Part shown: positions 34,686-42,945 of the stretch, piece by piece | Layout: every line of letters begins with the position of its first letter | How positions within the stretch are numbered: the first letter of the stretch is position 1 | NCBI GenBank assembly: GCA_021736745.1 | Contig: JAIPFG010000002.1 | Span: 1 to 43,348, forward strand | Length of the DNA stretch: 43,348 nt | Direction: 5' to 3' | DNA from: Pseudomonadales bacterium | Lineage (GTDB): Bacteria > Pseudomonadota > Gammaproteobacteria > Pseudomonadales > IMCC2047 | Translations under genes and position numbers: made by a program | Notes under the pieces: generated by a model | What the model saw: the letters and a program-made list of their open reading frames with translations, nothing else | What the model was told of the DNA's origin: nothing | Database searches by the model: none

Positions 34686-35737
34686 TTCAGTTTGCATGGC
34701 CCCTTGCCTTATTTCTACTCCCCTTACCCATATTGGTTTATTATTTGTTGCCAGCGGCCAAAAGAGATGATGCCGCTTTACGCGTACCTTTTTTCAGACA
34801 CCTCGCCAGTCTTTCCACTACGGCATCTCTACCGAACAAAGGCGCTAACACTCCCTTCCATCTCTACCATATATTGCTTTTCTGTGCCTGGGTCTCATTG
34901 GTCATGGCCACCGCAAAACCTGAGTGGATTGGTGATCCGATCAGTTTGCCGACCAGCGGCCGTGATCTCATGATCGCTGTGGACATATCAGGGAGCATGA
35001 AACGAGAGGACCTGACGCTCAATGATCAACCCGTCACAAGATTGGCCGTAGTCAAAGAAGTACTGGGTGATTTTATCGCGCAACGTAAAGGCGATCGTAT
35101 CGGCTTGATACTTTTTGGCACACAAGCGTATCTGCAGGCGCCGCTTACCTTTGATCGACATGCCGTCGAAACCCTCTTAAATGAATCTCAAATTGGCTTT
35201 GCTGGCGAACAAACCGCAATTGGTGACGCTATTGGCTTGGCCACCAAACGACTCCGCAACCGTCCAGAAACCAGTCGTTTATTAATTTTGCTTACCGATG
35301 GCGCCAATACCGCAGGCCAGATTACTCCACAAAAAGCCACAGAAATTGCTCAGGCTGAACAGATAAAAATTTATACTATCGGCGTGGGCGCCAGCGAAAT
35401 GGAAATATCGAGTCCTTTTGGCGGACTGTTTGGCCGCAGGACAATGAACCCGTCAGCAGATTTGGATGAGGGCATGTTGCAGGATATTGCCGAACAAACC
35501 GGTGGACAGTATTTTCGCGCCCATAATACACAGGAGTTAGCAAAGATATATGCGATGCTGGACCAAATCGAGCCGATTGAACAGGATGCCGAAACCTTCA
35601 ACCCTGTACGTTCCCTGTTTATTTGGCCGTTAACACTCTTCCTTCTGTTAAGCCTGATCGTCAGCTTGGTTAAGTTTTACCCGACAATTAAATACCGGTT
35701 AAGTCAGTCTTCGACGCGAGGGCTTACCGATGTCTGA
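34682..35737 (+). CDS. vWA-domain membrane protein (BatA-like)
   Basis: 351 aa. N-terminal FAWPLALFLLPLPILVYY, MIDAS DISGSM and a C-terminal TM helix. ATGA overlap with the upstream gene. Confidence 0.85.
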   Translation: MIQFAWPLALFLLPLPILVYYLLPAAKRDDAALRVPFFRHLASLSTTASLPNKGANTPFHLYHILLFCAWVSLVMATAKPEWIGDPISLPTSGRDLMIAVDISGSMKREDLTLNDQPVTRLAVVKEVLGDFIAQRKGDRIGLILFGTQAYLQAPLTFDRHAVETLLNESQIGFAGEQTAIGDAIGLATKRLRNRPETSRLLILLTDGANTAGQITPQKATEIAQAEQIKIYTIGVGASEMEISSPFGGLFGRRTMNPSADLDEGMLQDIAEQTGGQYFRAHNTQELAKIYAMLDQIEPIEQDAETFNPVRSLFIWPLTLFLLLSLIVSLVKFYPTIKYRLSQSSTRGLTDV

Positions 35738-37628
35738 TTTAGCGACCCATTTTGCTGATTTCCACTTTCTGCGTCCCTATTGGTTATTGTTATTATTCCT
35801 CATTCCACTCATCCATCGATGGTCAAAAAATTACCGTGAACACAGTTCTAGTTGGGCGCAGGCGATCGACAGCCATCTCCTCGGTTATCTCCTCGAACAG
35901 CAAAGCGGCAAGGTCAACCGATTACCTTTCTATCTCATTATGGTCAGTCTTTTGTTGACCAGTGTGGCTTTAGCCGGACCCGTTTGGAAAAAAATTCCGC
36001 AACCCGTGCATAAGAAAGAGGATGCCTTGGTAATCCTGTTGGATTTATCACTCTCTATGCAGGCTAATGATGTCCAACCTTCCCGGCTGACCAAGGCGCA
36101 TCACAAGTTAATCGACATCCTGGATCAACGAGATCAAGGGCAAACAGCATTGGTTGTCTATGCCGGAGATGCGCATATTGTTTCCCCATTGACCGACGAT
36201 ACCAGAACGATTAAAGCGATGGTGCCAGCACTCTCCCCTCTCGTTATGCCGGTACTTGGCAGTCGTCCTGACCAGGCACTCAAACTTGCGCAACAATTAT
36301 TAAAAGATGGTGGTATCCATGAGGGACGCATCCTCTTGATTACCGACGGAATTAACGATGATGACCCCGATAAACTATCAGAGATATTGAAAACTCACCG
36401 CTTAAGTATGCTTGCGGTGGGTACTCAAGAAGGGGGACCAATCCCTATTCCGGAGCAGGGGTTCTTGAAACAGGGTCAGGAAATTGTCATCGCCAAGATG
36501 GCGTTAGAACCCCTGCAACGACTCTCCAGAATGACGGGCGCCCGCCTCGCCCAGCTACAAATCGATGATAGCGATATCAGTTATCTGCTAAAAGATGAAA
36601 TATTGGATATCAATACTATTTCCCATAAGGTAGACCGGGAGTTTGATCAGTGGCAGGAAATGGGTCCATGGTTGCTGCTACTACTGGCCCCCCTGGCGGC
36701 CTTATCGTTCCGGCGCGGTTGGTTCTTGTCGTTGGGTCTAATGCTATTGCTCGACCCGACTCCCACCATGGCGATGGGCTGGGCCGACCTTTGGCAGACA
36801 CCCGATCAACAGGGGGCTAAAGCATTAAGTGCCGGAGATCCGAAGCGTGCGGCTGAACTGTTTGAATCCATGCCATGGAAAGGTAGCGCTGCCTATCAAG
36901 CGGGTGATTATCAAGCGGCGGCCAATGCCTTTGCGACAGATGAAAGTACCGAAGGATATTACAATCGTGGCAATGCCTTGGCAAAAGCCGGCCAATTAGA
37001 AGAGGCGCTCGCCGCCTATGGGCAGGCCTTAGAAAAAGCACCGCAACATGAAGATGCATTATTTAATAAAAAACTGGTGGAGCAGCTGATACAAAACCAG
37101 CAACAAAATCAATCTGACGATCATAACGCCCAAGATGATCAGGAAAAACAACCGAATCAAGCGGGCACTAAAAACCCATCGGACAAGCAGGACTCCGAAC
37201 AACAAAACTCCGAACAGAATGCAGATAGCGAAAGCTCTGATAGCAGTAGTGGCGACCAGCAAAATTCAACCCAACCGGACAGCCAAAATCACACTGGTCA
37301 GAAAAATTCACCGCCACAAAATGACACCGGTCCAGAACAGCAGAAAGAACAGGCTTCTGCAAAAGAGAATGGCGAACAGCAAGAGCCCGCTCAATCCCCG
37401 CAGCCTTCAGAACAGAAAGGGCAAGAAGCCAACCAACAGGTGGCAACATCTGAGTTAACTGAAGATGAAACTCAATCGGAAGAGCAACGACAAGCCATGG
37501 AACAGTGGCTGCGGAGAATCCCGGAAGACCCCAGCGGATTACTCCGCCGTAAATTTAATTACCAATACCGGCAGCACCAACAGGAAAATCAATTTCAACC
37601 GCCACAGGAAGATCAACCCATATGGTAA
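35730..37628 (+). CDS. vWA plus TPR membrane protein (BatB/BatC-like fusion) with a long Q/E/S/D-rich low-complexity segment
   Basis: 632 aa. FHFLRPYWLLLLFLIPL, MIDAS LDLSLSM, TPR region YQAGDYQAAANAF..YNRGNALAKAGQLEEALAAYGQAL, and a low-complexity tail of about 130 aa. 8-nt overlap with the upstream gene. Confidence 0.8.
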   Translation: MSDLATHFADFHFLRPYWLLLLFLIPLIHRWSKNYREHSSSWAQAIDSHLLGYLLEQQSGKVNRLPFYLIMVSLLLTSVALAGPVWKKIPQPVHKKEDALVILLDLSLSMQANDVQPSRLTKAHHKLIDILDQRDQGQTALVVYAGDAHIVSPLTDDTRTIKAMVPALSPLVMPVLGSRPDQALKLAQQLLKDGGIHEGRILLITDGINDDDPDKLSEILKTHRLSMLAVGTQEGGPIPIPEQGFLKQGQEIVIAKMALEPLQRLSRMTGARLAQLQIDDSDISYLLKDEILDINTISHKVDREFDQWQEMGPWLLLLLAPLAALSFRRGWFLSLGLMLLLDPTPTMAMGWADLWQTPDQQGAKALSAGDPKRAAELFESMPWKGSAAYQAGDYQAAANAFATDESTEGYYNRGNALAKAGQLEEALAAYGQALEKAPQHEDALFNKKLVEQLIQNQQQNQSDDHNAQDDQEKQPNQAGTKNPSDKQDSEQQNSEQNADSESSDSSSGDQQNSTQPDSQNHTGQKNSPPQNDTGPEQQKEQASAKENGEQQEPAQSPQPSEQKGQEANQQVATSELTEDETQSEEQRQAMEQWLRRIPEDPSGLLRRKFNYQYRQHQQENQFQPPQEDQPIW

Positions 37629-39352
37629 CACTGGTTAATTCTCTGATGAGACAAACCCGATTAAGCTGGCTTTTGCTAACCCTAACGGTAGTGCTCCTAT
37701 CACCCACTTTGGTACAGGCAAAAGTGACTGCATCGGTTGACCGTAATACCATTTCGGAACAGGACATTATCAGCCTTACCTTACGATCCGACAGCGGCTC
37801 CATTCCGGATAATCTGGACATCAAAATATTGGAGCGTGACTTTGACATTCTCAGCAGACGGCAAAATAGTGAGCTCAGCTTTATTAATGGTCAACGTAGC
37901 GCCAATTATGACCTCATTTTTGTCATTGCTCCCAAACGTGCCGGCGAGCTTACCATCCCATCATTTTCAGTACTCGGGAGTAACACTAATCCAATTCAAA
38001 TTAGGGTTACTCCCGGTCCGACGGACCCACGACAAGCTAAGAGTGACGTCTTCTTAGACAGTGCCGTCAGCAAGCAAGAGGTATATGTCCAGGAACGTTT
38101 ACTATACAGCCTGAAGGTCTATCACGCTGTTGGTTTGGATAATGCCAACATCACTCCGGTCGAAATCGAAAATGCCGTCATCCAACAATTGGGCGGTCAA
38201 CAGAAATATGAAACGATTATTGACGGCGTGCGCTATTCTGTTATTGAAATTAAATACTCTGTGGTTCCTCAGCGCAGCGGCCAACTGGTCATCCCCGAAC
38301 AAGTATTAACGGCAACCGCACTTTCGCTTCACGGCAGTATTTTTCGCTCCGATAATCGCAGAGTTCGAACTAAATCACCGACCCAAATCATCAATGTTCT
38401 ACCCAAGCCCGCCAGCTATCCCTCGGATCAACCTTGGTTACCGACCGAGCAACTAACGCTGGAAGATTCCTGGGCGGACAGAAGTATTAAGCTGCATCTT
38501 GGCGAATCTCAAACTCGCACGATCAGCATTAAAGCCATAGGATTGGATGCCGCACAGTTACCCAACATTAAAGTTCCTGAAAGTGACGGGTTAAAATTCT
38601 ATCCCGACCAACCGGTATTAAATAATCAGGAAAACAGTTCGAATGTGATAGGAGAACGCAGCCTATCGGTGGCTATCGTTCCCAGCCGTGAGGGGCCTAT
38701 TGAATTGCCGCCCTATTCTGTTACTTGGTGGAACACGAAACTGGACCGTTTGGAAACAAGCCTGATTCCCGTATCGAGAATGTCCGTGCTACCCGCAAAA
38801 CAGCAGGCAAACAATACTCTTTTACCCCCCGTCATCATTAACGAACCACAAACGAAGGTAATGGCCCAGCAAGAATCTCTCGCGCCCACAGGGGTTTGGC
38901 CGGCACTCAGCGCCGTGTTTGCGCTACTCTGGATAGCCACACTGTGGTTATGGTGGCAAGCAAAACACCGATTACCGAAATCCATTTTGAACAACCCGGA
39001 TGAAAGCTACAAACAACGGATAGAAACGCGCCACCAAGCCCATCAGTTGCTTCAAAAAGCAGTTAAATCACATGATCCTGCGGCGGCTCGCCCCGCATTA
39101 ATTGCTTGGTTCAATGCGGTTTTCCCCGACGAGGTCATCAACAATCTAGATGATGTACGTCAGCTTGATTGCCATCCGGAAATCAACTCCTTGGTATTGG
39201 ATATGGAAAACCGGCTTTACGGCTTAGGCTGTAGCGCATCCGCTTGGCAAGGTGAGCCTTTATTGGCGGTGTTAGAACAAATTCGTCGAGCCCAGAAGAA
39301 ACAGACGTTGACCCCTAATAAATCACCATTAAAACCACTGTATCCCATGTAA
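37622..39352 (+). CDS. BatD-like (oxygen tolerance family) secreted or membrane protein
   Basis: 576 aa. Signal peptide ...LVQAKV. A late TM helix is WPALSAVFALLWIATLWLWW. Operon position and architecture match BatD. 7-nt overlap with the upstream gene. Confidence 0.7.
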   Translation: MVTLVNSLMRQTRLSWLLLTLTVVLLSPTLVQAKVTASVDRNTISEQDIISLTLRSDSGSIPDNLDIKILERDFDILSRRQNSELSFINGQRSANYDLIFVIAPKRAGELTIPSFSVLGSNTNPIQIRVTPGPTDPRQAKSDVFLDSAVSKQEVYVQERLLYSLKVYHAVGLDNANITPVEIENAVIQQLGGQQKYETIIDGVRYSVIEIKYSVVPQRSGQLVIPEQVLTATALSLHGSIFRSDNRRVRTKSPTQIINVLPKPASYPSDQPWLPTEQLTLEDSWADRSIKLHLGESQTRTISIKAIGLDAAQLPNIKVPESDGLKFYPDQPVLNNQENSSNVIGERSLSVAIVPSREGPIELPPYSVTWWNTKLDRLETSLIPVSRMSVLPAKQQANNTLLPPVIINEPQTKVMAQQESLAPTGVWPALSAVFALLWIATLWLWWQAKHRLPKSILNNPDESYKQRIETRHQAHQLLQKAVKSHDPAAARPALIAWFNAVFPDEVINNLDDVRQLDCHPEINSLVLDMENRLYGLGCSASAWQGEPLLAVLEQIRRAQKKQTLTPNKSPLKPLYPM

Positions 39353-39586
39353 TCTGGGGCAAGACAAACCCATAAAATAAAGGAAAGGTGGTTATTAAAA
39401 ACCAACGATGACGTCTTCTCTATATCATCCTAAGGAATAGCTGATTTTGTCATCCATTGATTAAATAAACTGACATGGCGATAAAATATTATGTGCCAAG
39501 GGGCACTAAACGAAGGTTCTGTAAAACGTTATTGTTGCCAGCTTCTGTTCGTACGTTTGAAAAAATGTGTGTTACCGCCCAAAGAA

Positions 39587-40636
39587 CTAACGATTCTCAA
39601 CCCCTTGATTATTTTTAAGGCTTTTGCAAAACGCATAGAGTTTGCGTAATTGTATACTGTTTTTCATGTAATGAACGAGTGGTTGTAACGGTAACCCCGC
39701 ATAAAATCCAGGCTCAGTAATATCTTTGGTTACTCCTGCTCGATGTAGTAATACGGTATCACTACACACATTGACGTGGTCCACAATACCCGTTTGGCCA
39801 CTGGCAATGACGCGATCCCCCAACTTACTGGTGCCGGCAATACAAAACATCGAGGTTAGCAGACAGTCTTCCCCAATCTCAACATTATGAGCAAAATGAC
39901 AAAGATTATCGGTTTTGGTGCCTGCGCCGATACGGGTACTTTTATAGGTGGCTCTGTCGATACAGTTATTGGCGCCGATCCGCACATGATCTTCGATCAC
40001 GACATTGCCGGTCTGGGGTATACGGAAACTTTTACGCTTTTCGTCTTGCGCAAAGCCAAACCCCTCAGAACCAATCACCGTCCCAGCCCCAATATCCACG
40101 AAATTTTTAATTACACAGTCGTAACCAATTACCGCATTGGGGCGGATGATACAATCCTCTCCGATATGTGCCCCTTCTTCAATGACGACACCGGCTAAAA
40201 TACGACTACGCTTGCCGATAACCACTTTCTGACCGATGGTGACATTGGGGGAAATAAAAACGTCTTTGGCGATCCGTGCTGTCTCATGAACAATCGCGGA
40301 CTGGTGGACAGAACCCCATTGTTCGTTGATAAAGTCACGGTCAGAATAAGCCTGTTTGATGGTGGCATGAGCAAGCAAGACGTTATTGGCGATAAGGACA
40401 CCAATACCTTTTTTTGATAAAAACTTTTCCGCTAATTCTTTAGTCGTAATAACCCCAATAGCAACACTCTTTAATGCAGGTTCAATAAATTCTTTTGAAG
40501 AAACAAAAATGAGATCACAGGCCTGAGCGCCTTCTATTGAATAAATTCTTTGAATTTCGGCATCAGCGCCAAGGTGAGCTGAAATCAATTCGGGAAAGGC
40601 CTGTTGTATACTCGACAGCTTCATTGCTAGCGCCAT
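39587..40636 (-). CDS. lpxD: UDP-3-O-acylglucosamine N-acyltransferase-like (LpxD family) left-handed beta-helix protein, stand-alone copy
   Basis: 349 aa. It has an N-terminal uridine-binding-like domain, hexapeptide repeats, a catalytic-His context HFAHNVEIG (E. coli QIAHNVVIG) and a C-terminal helix. The start is Met1 or Met5. Confidence 0.75.
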   Translation of the reverse strand: MALAMKLSSIQQAFPELISAHLGADAEIQRIYSIEGAQACDLIFVSSKEFIEPALKSVAIGVITTKELAEKFLSKKGIGVLIANNVLLAHATIKQAYSDRDFINEQWGSVHQSAIVHETARIAKDVFISPNVTIGQKVVIGKRSRILAGVVIEEGAHIGEDCIIRPNAVIGYDCVIKNFVDIGAGTVIGSEGFGFAQDEKRKSFRIPQTGNVVIEDHVRIGANNCIDRATYKSTRIGAGTKTDNLCHFAHNVEIGEDCLLTSMFCIAGTSKLGDRVIASGQTGIVDHVNVCSDTVLLHRAGVTKDITEPGFYAGLPLQPLVHYMKNSIQLRKLYAFCKSLKNNQGVENR

Positions 40637-41083
40637 ATTAGGTTCTCAATTGGTCAGTGTGTTTTTGGAATCGTTAGCCAATTCCAGAAAGAGTCTCAAA
40701 ACGCTCGAATGACGCCCACTTCGTATTAAAAAAGTTTGGAAGTGCGTAAGGAGGACTAAAATAATTGGATCACCTTAGATTATCGATTCTGTGCAAATAT
40801 ACGCGATTGGTTCCCATTACGCATTAGCTTTTACTGATAACATCAACAAATTCAGCGTCCACTATGCTTTGAAGGAGAGGAGTTATCACAACTGCTCAGC
40901 CTTTAAACACAGAAAGGTAGTTATATAAGCAAGCACTTTATTTTGATTTTTTGTTACTATCCACATCGGACAGAAGATAAAAAACCTTATCGACTCCAAA
41001 GGTTGAAAAGTGGCGTTGAAAAAATTTAAGTGATCAACCGACAATTGCGTATTCCCCGATTTACCCAAGGCATCCAAGCACTA

Positions 41084-41092
41084 GGGGGGGGG
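41084..41092 (+). repeat. homopolymeric G9 tract immediately upstream of the fetB-like start
   Basis: Read directly: ...gcactaGGGGGGGGGtgagagaacagcATG. The tract ends 12 nt before the ATG at 41105. Confidence 0.9.
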
Positions 41093-41104
41093 TGAGAGAA
41101 CAGC

Positions 41105-41830
41105 ATGAATCACACCATTCAAACGATTCCTTTACTCAATCTGGCTATTTCCTTTGTGCCAGTTATTGTGGCGCTTTTTATTTTGTTTAAATGGTCGCTG
41201 AACGCCAGCAATGCGCTATATGCAGTTGTCCGAATGCTGATTCAACTCCTGCTGATCGGTTATTTTTTAACCTTTATTTTTGAGTCGGATAGCGCACCTC
41301 TCATTCTGGTAATTTTAGCGGTTATGGTAGTCGCTTCCAGTTGGATCGCTCTGGGAACCGTAAAAAAGCACCAACATCGCCTATATATTAGAGCATTTGG
41401 CTCGATTGCCATTGGCGGCGGACTCACTTTGGCACTGATCACACAGGCCGTACTTAGGCTCGATCCCTGGTACTGGCCTCAATACATGATTCCCCTGGCC
41501 GGGATGATATTTGCCAATTCTATGAACAGCGTCAGCCTAGCAGCGGAAAGGTTTTATGCGGAAATTAGCCGGAATATTCCCTATCATGAGGCACGTAACA
41601 TTGCTTTCCAAGCTTCATTAATCCCCGTCGTCAACTCATTGTTTGCGGTGGGCTTGGTCTCTCTCCCAGGAATGATGACCGGACAAATTCTATCAGGGGT
41701 ATCTCCACTCATCGCCGTACGCTATCAAATCATGGTGATGTGTATGATTTTTGGCTCATCGGCAATAACTACCGTATGTTTTCTAATTTGGATCAAGCCC
41801 CTTTACGAAAAATTTCAGGTCAACCAATGA
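41105..41830 (+). CDS. fetB: FetB/YbbM (UPF0014) family ABC-type permease
   Basis: 241 aa. VRMLIQLLLIGYFLTFIF, MIPLAGMIFANSMN and GLVSLPGMMTGQILSGVSPLIAVRYQIMVM parallel E. coli FetB IIQLIIVGYVLKYIF, VIPIAGMIAGNAM and GLVSLPGMMSGLIFAGIDPVKAIKYQIMVT. Confidence 0.85.
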   Translation: MNHTIQTIPLLNLAISFVPVIVALFILFKWSLNASNALYAVVRMLIQLLLIGYFLTFIFESDSAPLILVILAVMVVASSWIALGTVKKHQHRLYIRAFGSIAIGGGLTLALITQAVLRLDPWYWPQYMIPLAGMIFANSMNSVSLAAERFYAEISRNIPYHEARNIAFQASLIPVVNSLFAVGLVSLPGMMTGQILSGVSPLIAVRYQIMVMCMIFGSSAITTVCFLIWIKPLYEKFQVNQ

Positions 41831-42279
41831 TAAAGTTTCAACTCTCTACCACTGCTCTAAAATTGCTCTATGTACTGATTTGGCTTAGCGGTGGTTTCGT
41901 GCTTTTGTCTAAAAGCTTCACCTTATTCATCGCGGCAAACGAAATCGAGCCCAATCAAGTCAAAATCCTCATTGCCGTCGTTATAGGATTGTTCATCGGG
42001 GTTTTAAAGATTGCTTTTATCTTCAGAAAAAGCTGCCAGCGCAATCTCAACAGAATTGACCAGCTAACCCACCCAAAAATCTGGCAGGTATTCAGGCCGG
42101 GATTTATGCTGTTTTTAGTACTAATGATTATCCTAGGAAATACCGCCACGAACCATGCTCTAGGGAAGTATACATGGCTGATAACTATTGGCATCATTGA
42201 TCTTTCACTTGCCGTCGGATTACTGGGTAGTAGCTACGTCTTTTATCAGAATCAATTATTTCGCCTTCATCAAAGCTGA
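41827..42279 (+). CDS. hypothetical 4-TM membrane protein
   Basis: The track ORF begins at 41740 inside fetB. Met30 (MIKFQLSTT...) at 41827 gives an ATGA overlap with the fetB stop, which suggests translational coupling. 150 aa with four hydrophobic helices. Confidence 0.5.
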   Translation: MIKFQLSTTALKLLYVLIWLSGGFVLLSKSFTLFIAANEIEPNQVKILIAVVIGLFIGVLKIAFIFRKSCQRNLNRIDQLTHPKIWQVFRPGFMLFLVLMIILGNTATNHALGKYTWLITIGIIDLSLAVGLLGSSYVFYQNQLFRLHQS

Positions 42280-42304
42280 CATCCAAATTAAAGCCACCGT
42301 CTCG

Positions 42305-42586
42305 ATGATTAAAACAATGAAACCTGACACCCGGCAAGCGATGCTCTCAATGATAAACGAAGCCAGAGCATCCATCCCTTTTGGTTTATCTGAGGCCGAA
42401 CTTTGCTCGGGTATATGTCATGGCTGCTCGAAAAAACTACTCAATTTTCTGGAAATGGAATTAAACAGTTGGGAATACCGGCTGAACCAGGGTGAATCAC
42501 CCACCTTTGGCGACCTCCAACAACTCGCCAAAATCAGTCGAAAAATTTACAATGCTTTGGCCAAAAGTGGCCTCATCCGTAATTAA
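42305..42586 (+). CDS. small hypothetical protein with a CxxxCxxC motif
   Basis: The probable start is Met40 of the track ORF (MIKTMKPDTRQ...), giving 93 aa. It contains CSGICHGCSKK. I do not recognise the family. Confidence 0.4.
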   Translation: MIKTMKPDTRQAMLSMINEARASIPFGLSEAELCSGICHGCSKKLLNFLEMELNSWEYRLNQGESPTFGDLQQLAKISRKIYNALAKSGLIRN

Positions 42587-42945
42587 TCCGATTTTAGCGT
42601 CGCGTCATGGCATTGATCACAGCTACGCAAAGGCCCCGCTGCTTCCCCCTCCTGCCGGGTTGCCACATGACAATCTCGACACAAATCATGAAACATTCTT
42701 TCTATTTCCGCATTAATTTCCGGACTGTATTTATGGCATGAATAACAAGTACCGCTACCACTATCGTCGATAAAATTATGATGACACTTTGTACAAGTAA
42801 TCTCTTCATGATCTTTGTGGCCGAAGATGACCGAAAGCATCGGTCGTTCTTGGAGGGCATCCGTACGGTAGGATAAGGCCGCTAAGCCGACTAAAATAAC
42901 AGCTACCACTAAACTACTGACACCGATCCAGCCGAGCTTATCCAT
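42583..42945 (-). CDS. membrane-anchored tetraheme cytochrome c (cytochrome c3 family)
   Basis: 120 aa. N-terminal TM helix IGVSSLVVAVILVGLAAL. Four CxxCH motifs: CTKCH, CYSCH, CRDCH, CDQCH. The c3-like F.H..H lead-in precedes heme 1. Confidence 0.85.
   Translation of the reverse strand: MDKLGWIGVSSLVVAVILVGLAALSYRTDALQERPMLSVIFGHKDHEEITCTKCHHNFIDDSGSGTCYSCHKYSPEINAEIERMFHDLCRDCHVATRQEGEAAGPLRSCDQCHDATLKSD

Noticed and set aside
37059-37458. Three overlapping ORFs (37059-37262 minus, 37135-37458 plus, 37168-37449 minus) in the BatB-like gene
   Set aside because: They are artefacts of the stop-poor, A/C/G-biased low-complexity Gln/Glu/Ser region. Their translations are homopolymer-like and lack starts with RBS.
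39475-39618. 47-aa basic ORF (MAIKYYVPRGTKRRFCKTLLLP...) in the batD-lpxD gap
   Set aside because: It has no Shine-Dalgarno sequence. It runs antisense into the lpxD 3' end. I recognise no motif.
40886-41077. 63-aa minus-strand ORF in the lpxD-fetB intergenic region, and a check for a metal riboswitch or a decayed fetA there
   Set aside because: The ORF has no RBS or motif. I could not see Walker-type coding remnants or the conserved cores of the riboswitch classes I remember. A covariance-model scan would be needed to exclude an RNA element.
41740-41826. First 29 codons of the 179-aa track ORF overlapping the fetB 3' end
   Set aside because: This would require a 91-nt out-of-frame overlap with a conserved part of fetB. 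Met30 gives a classic ATGA stop-start junction instead.
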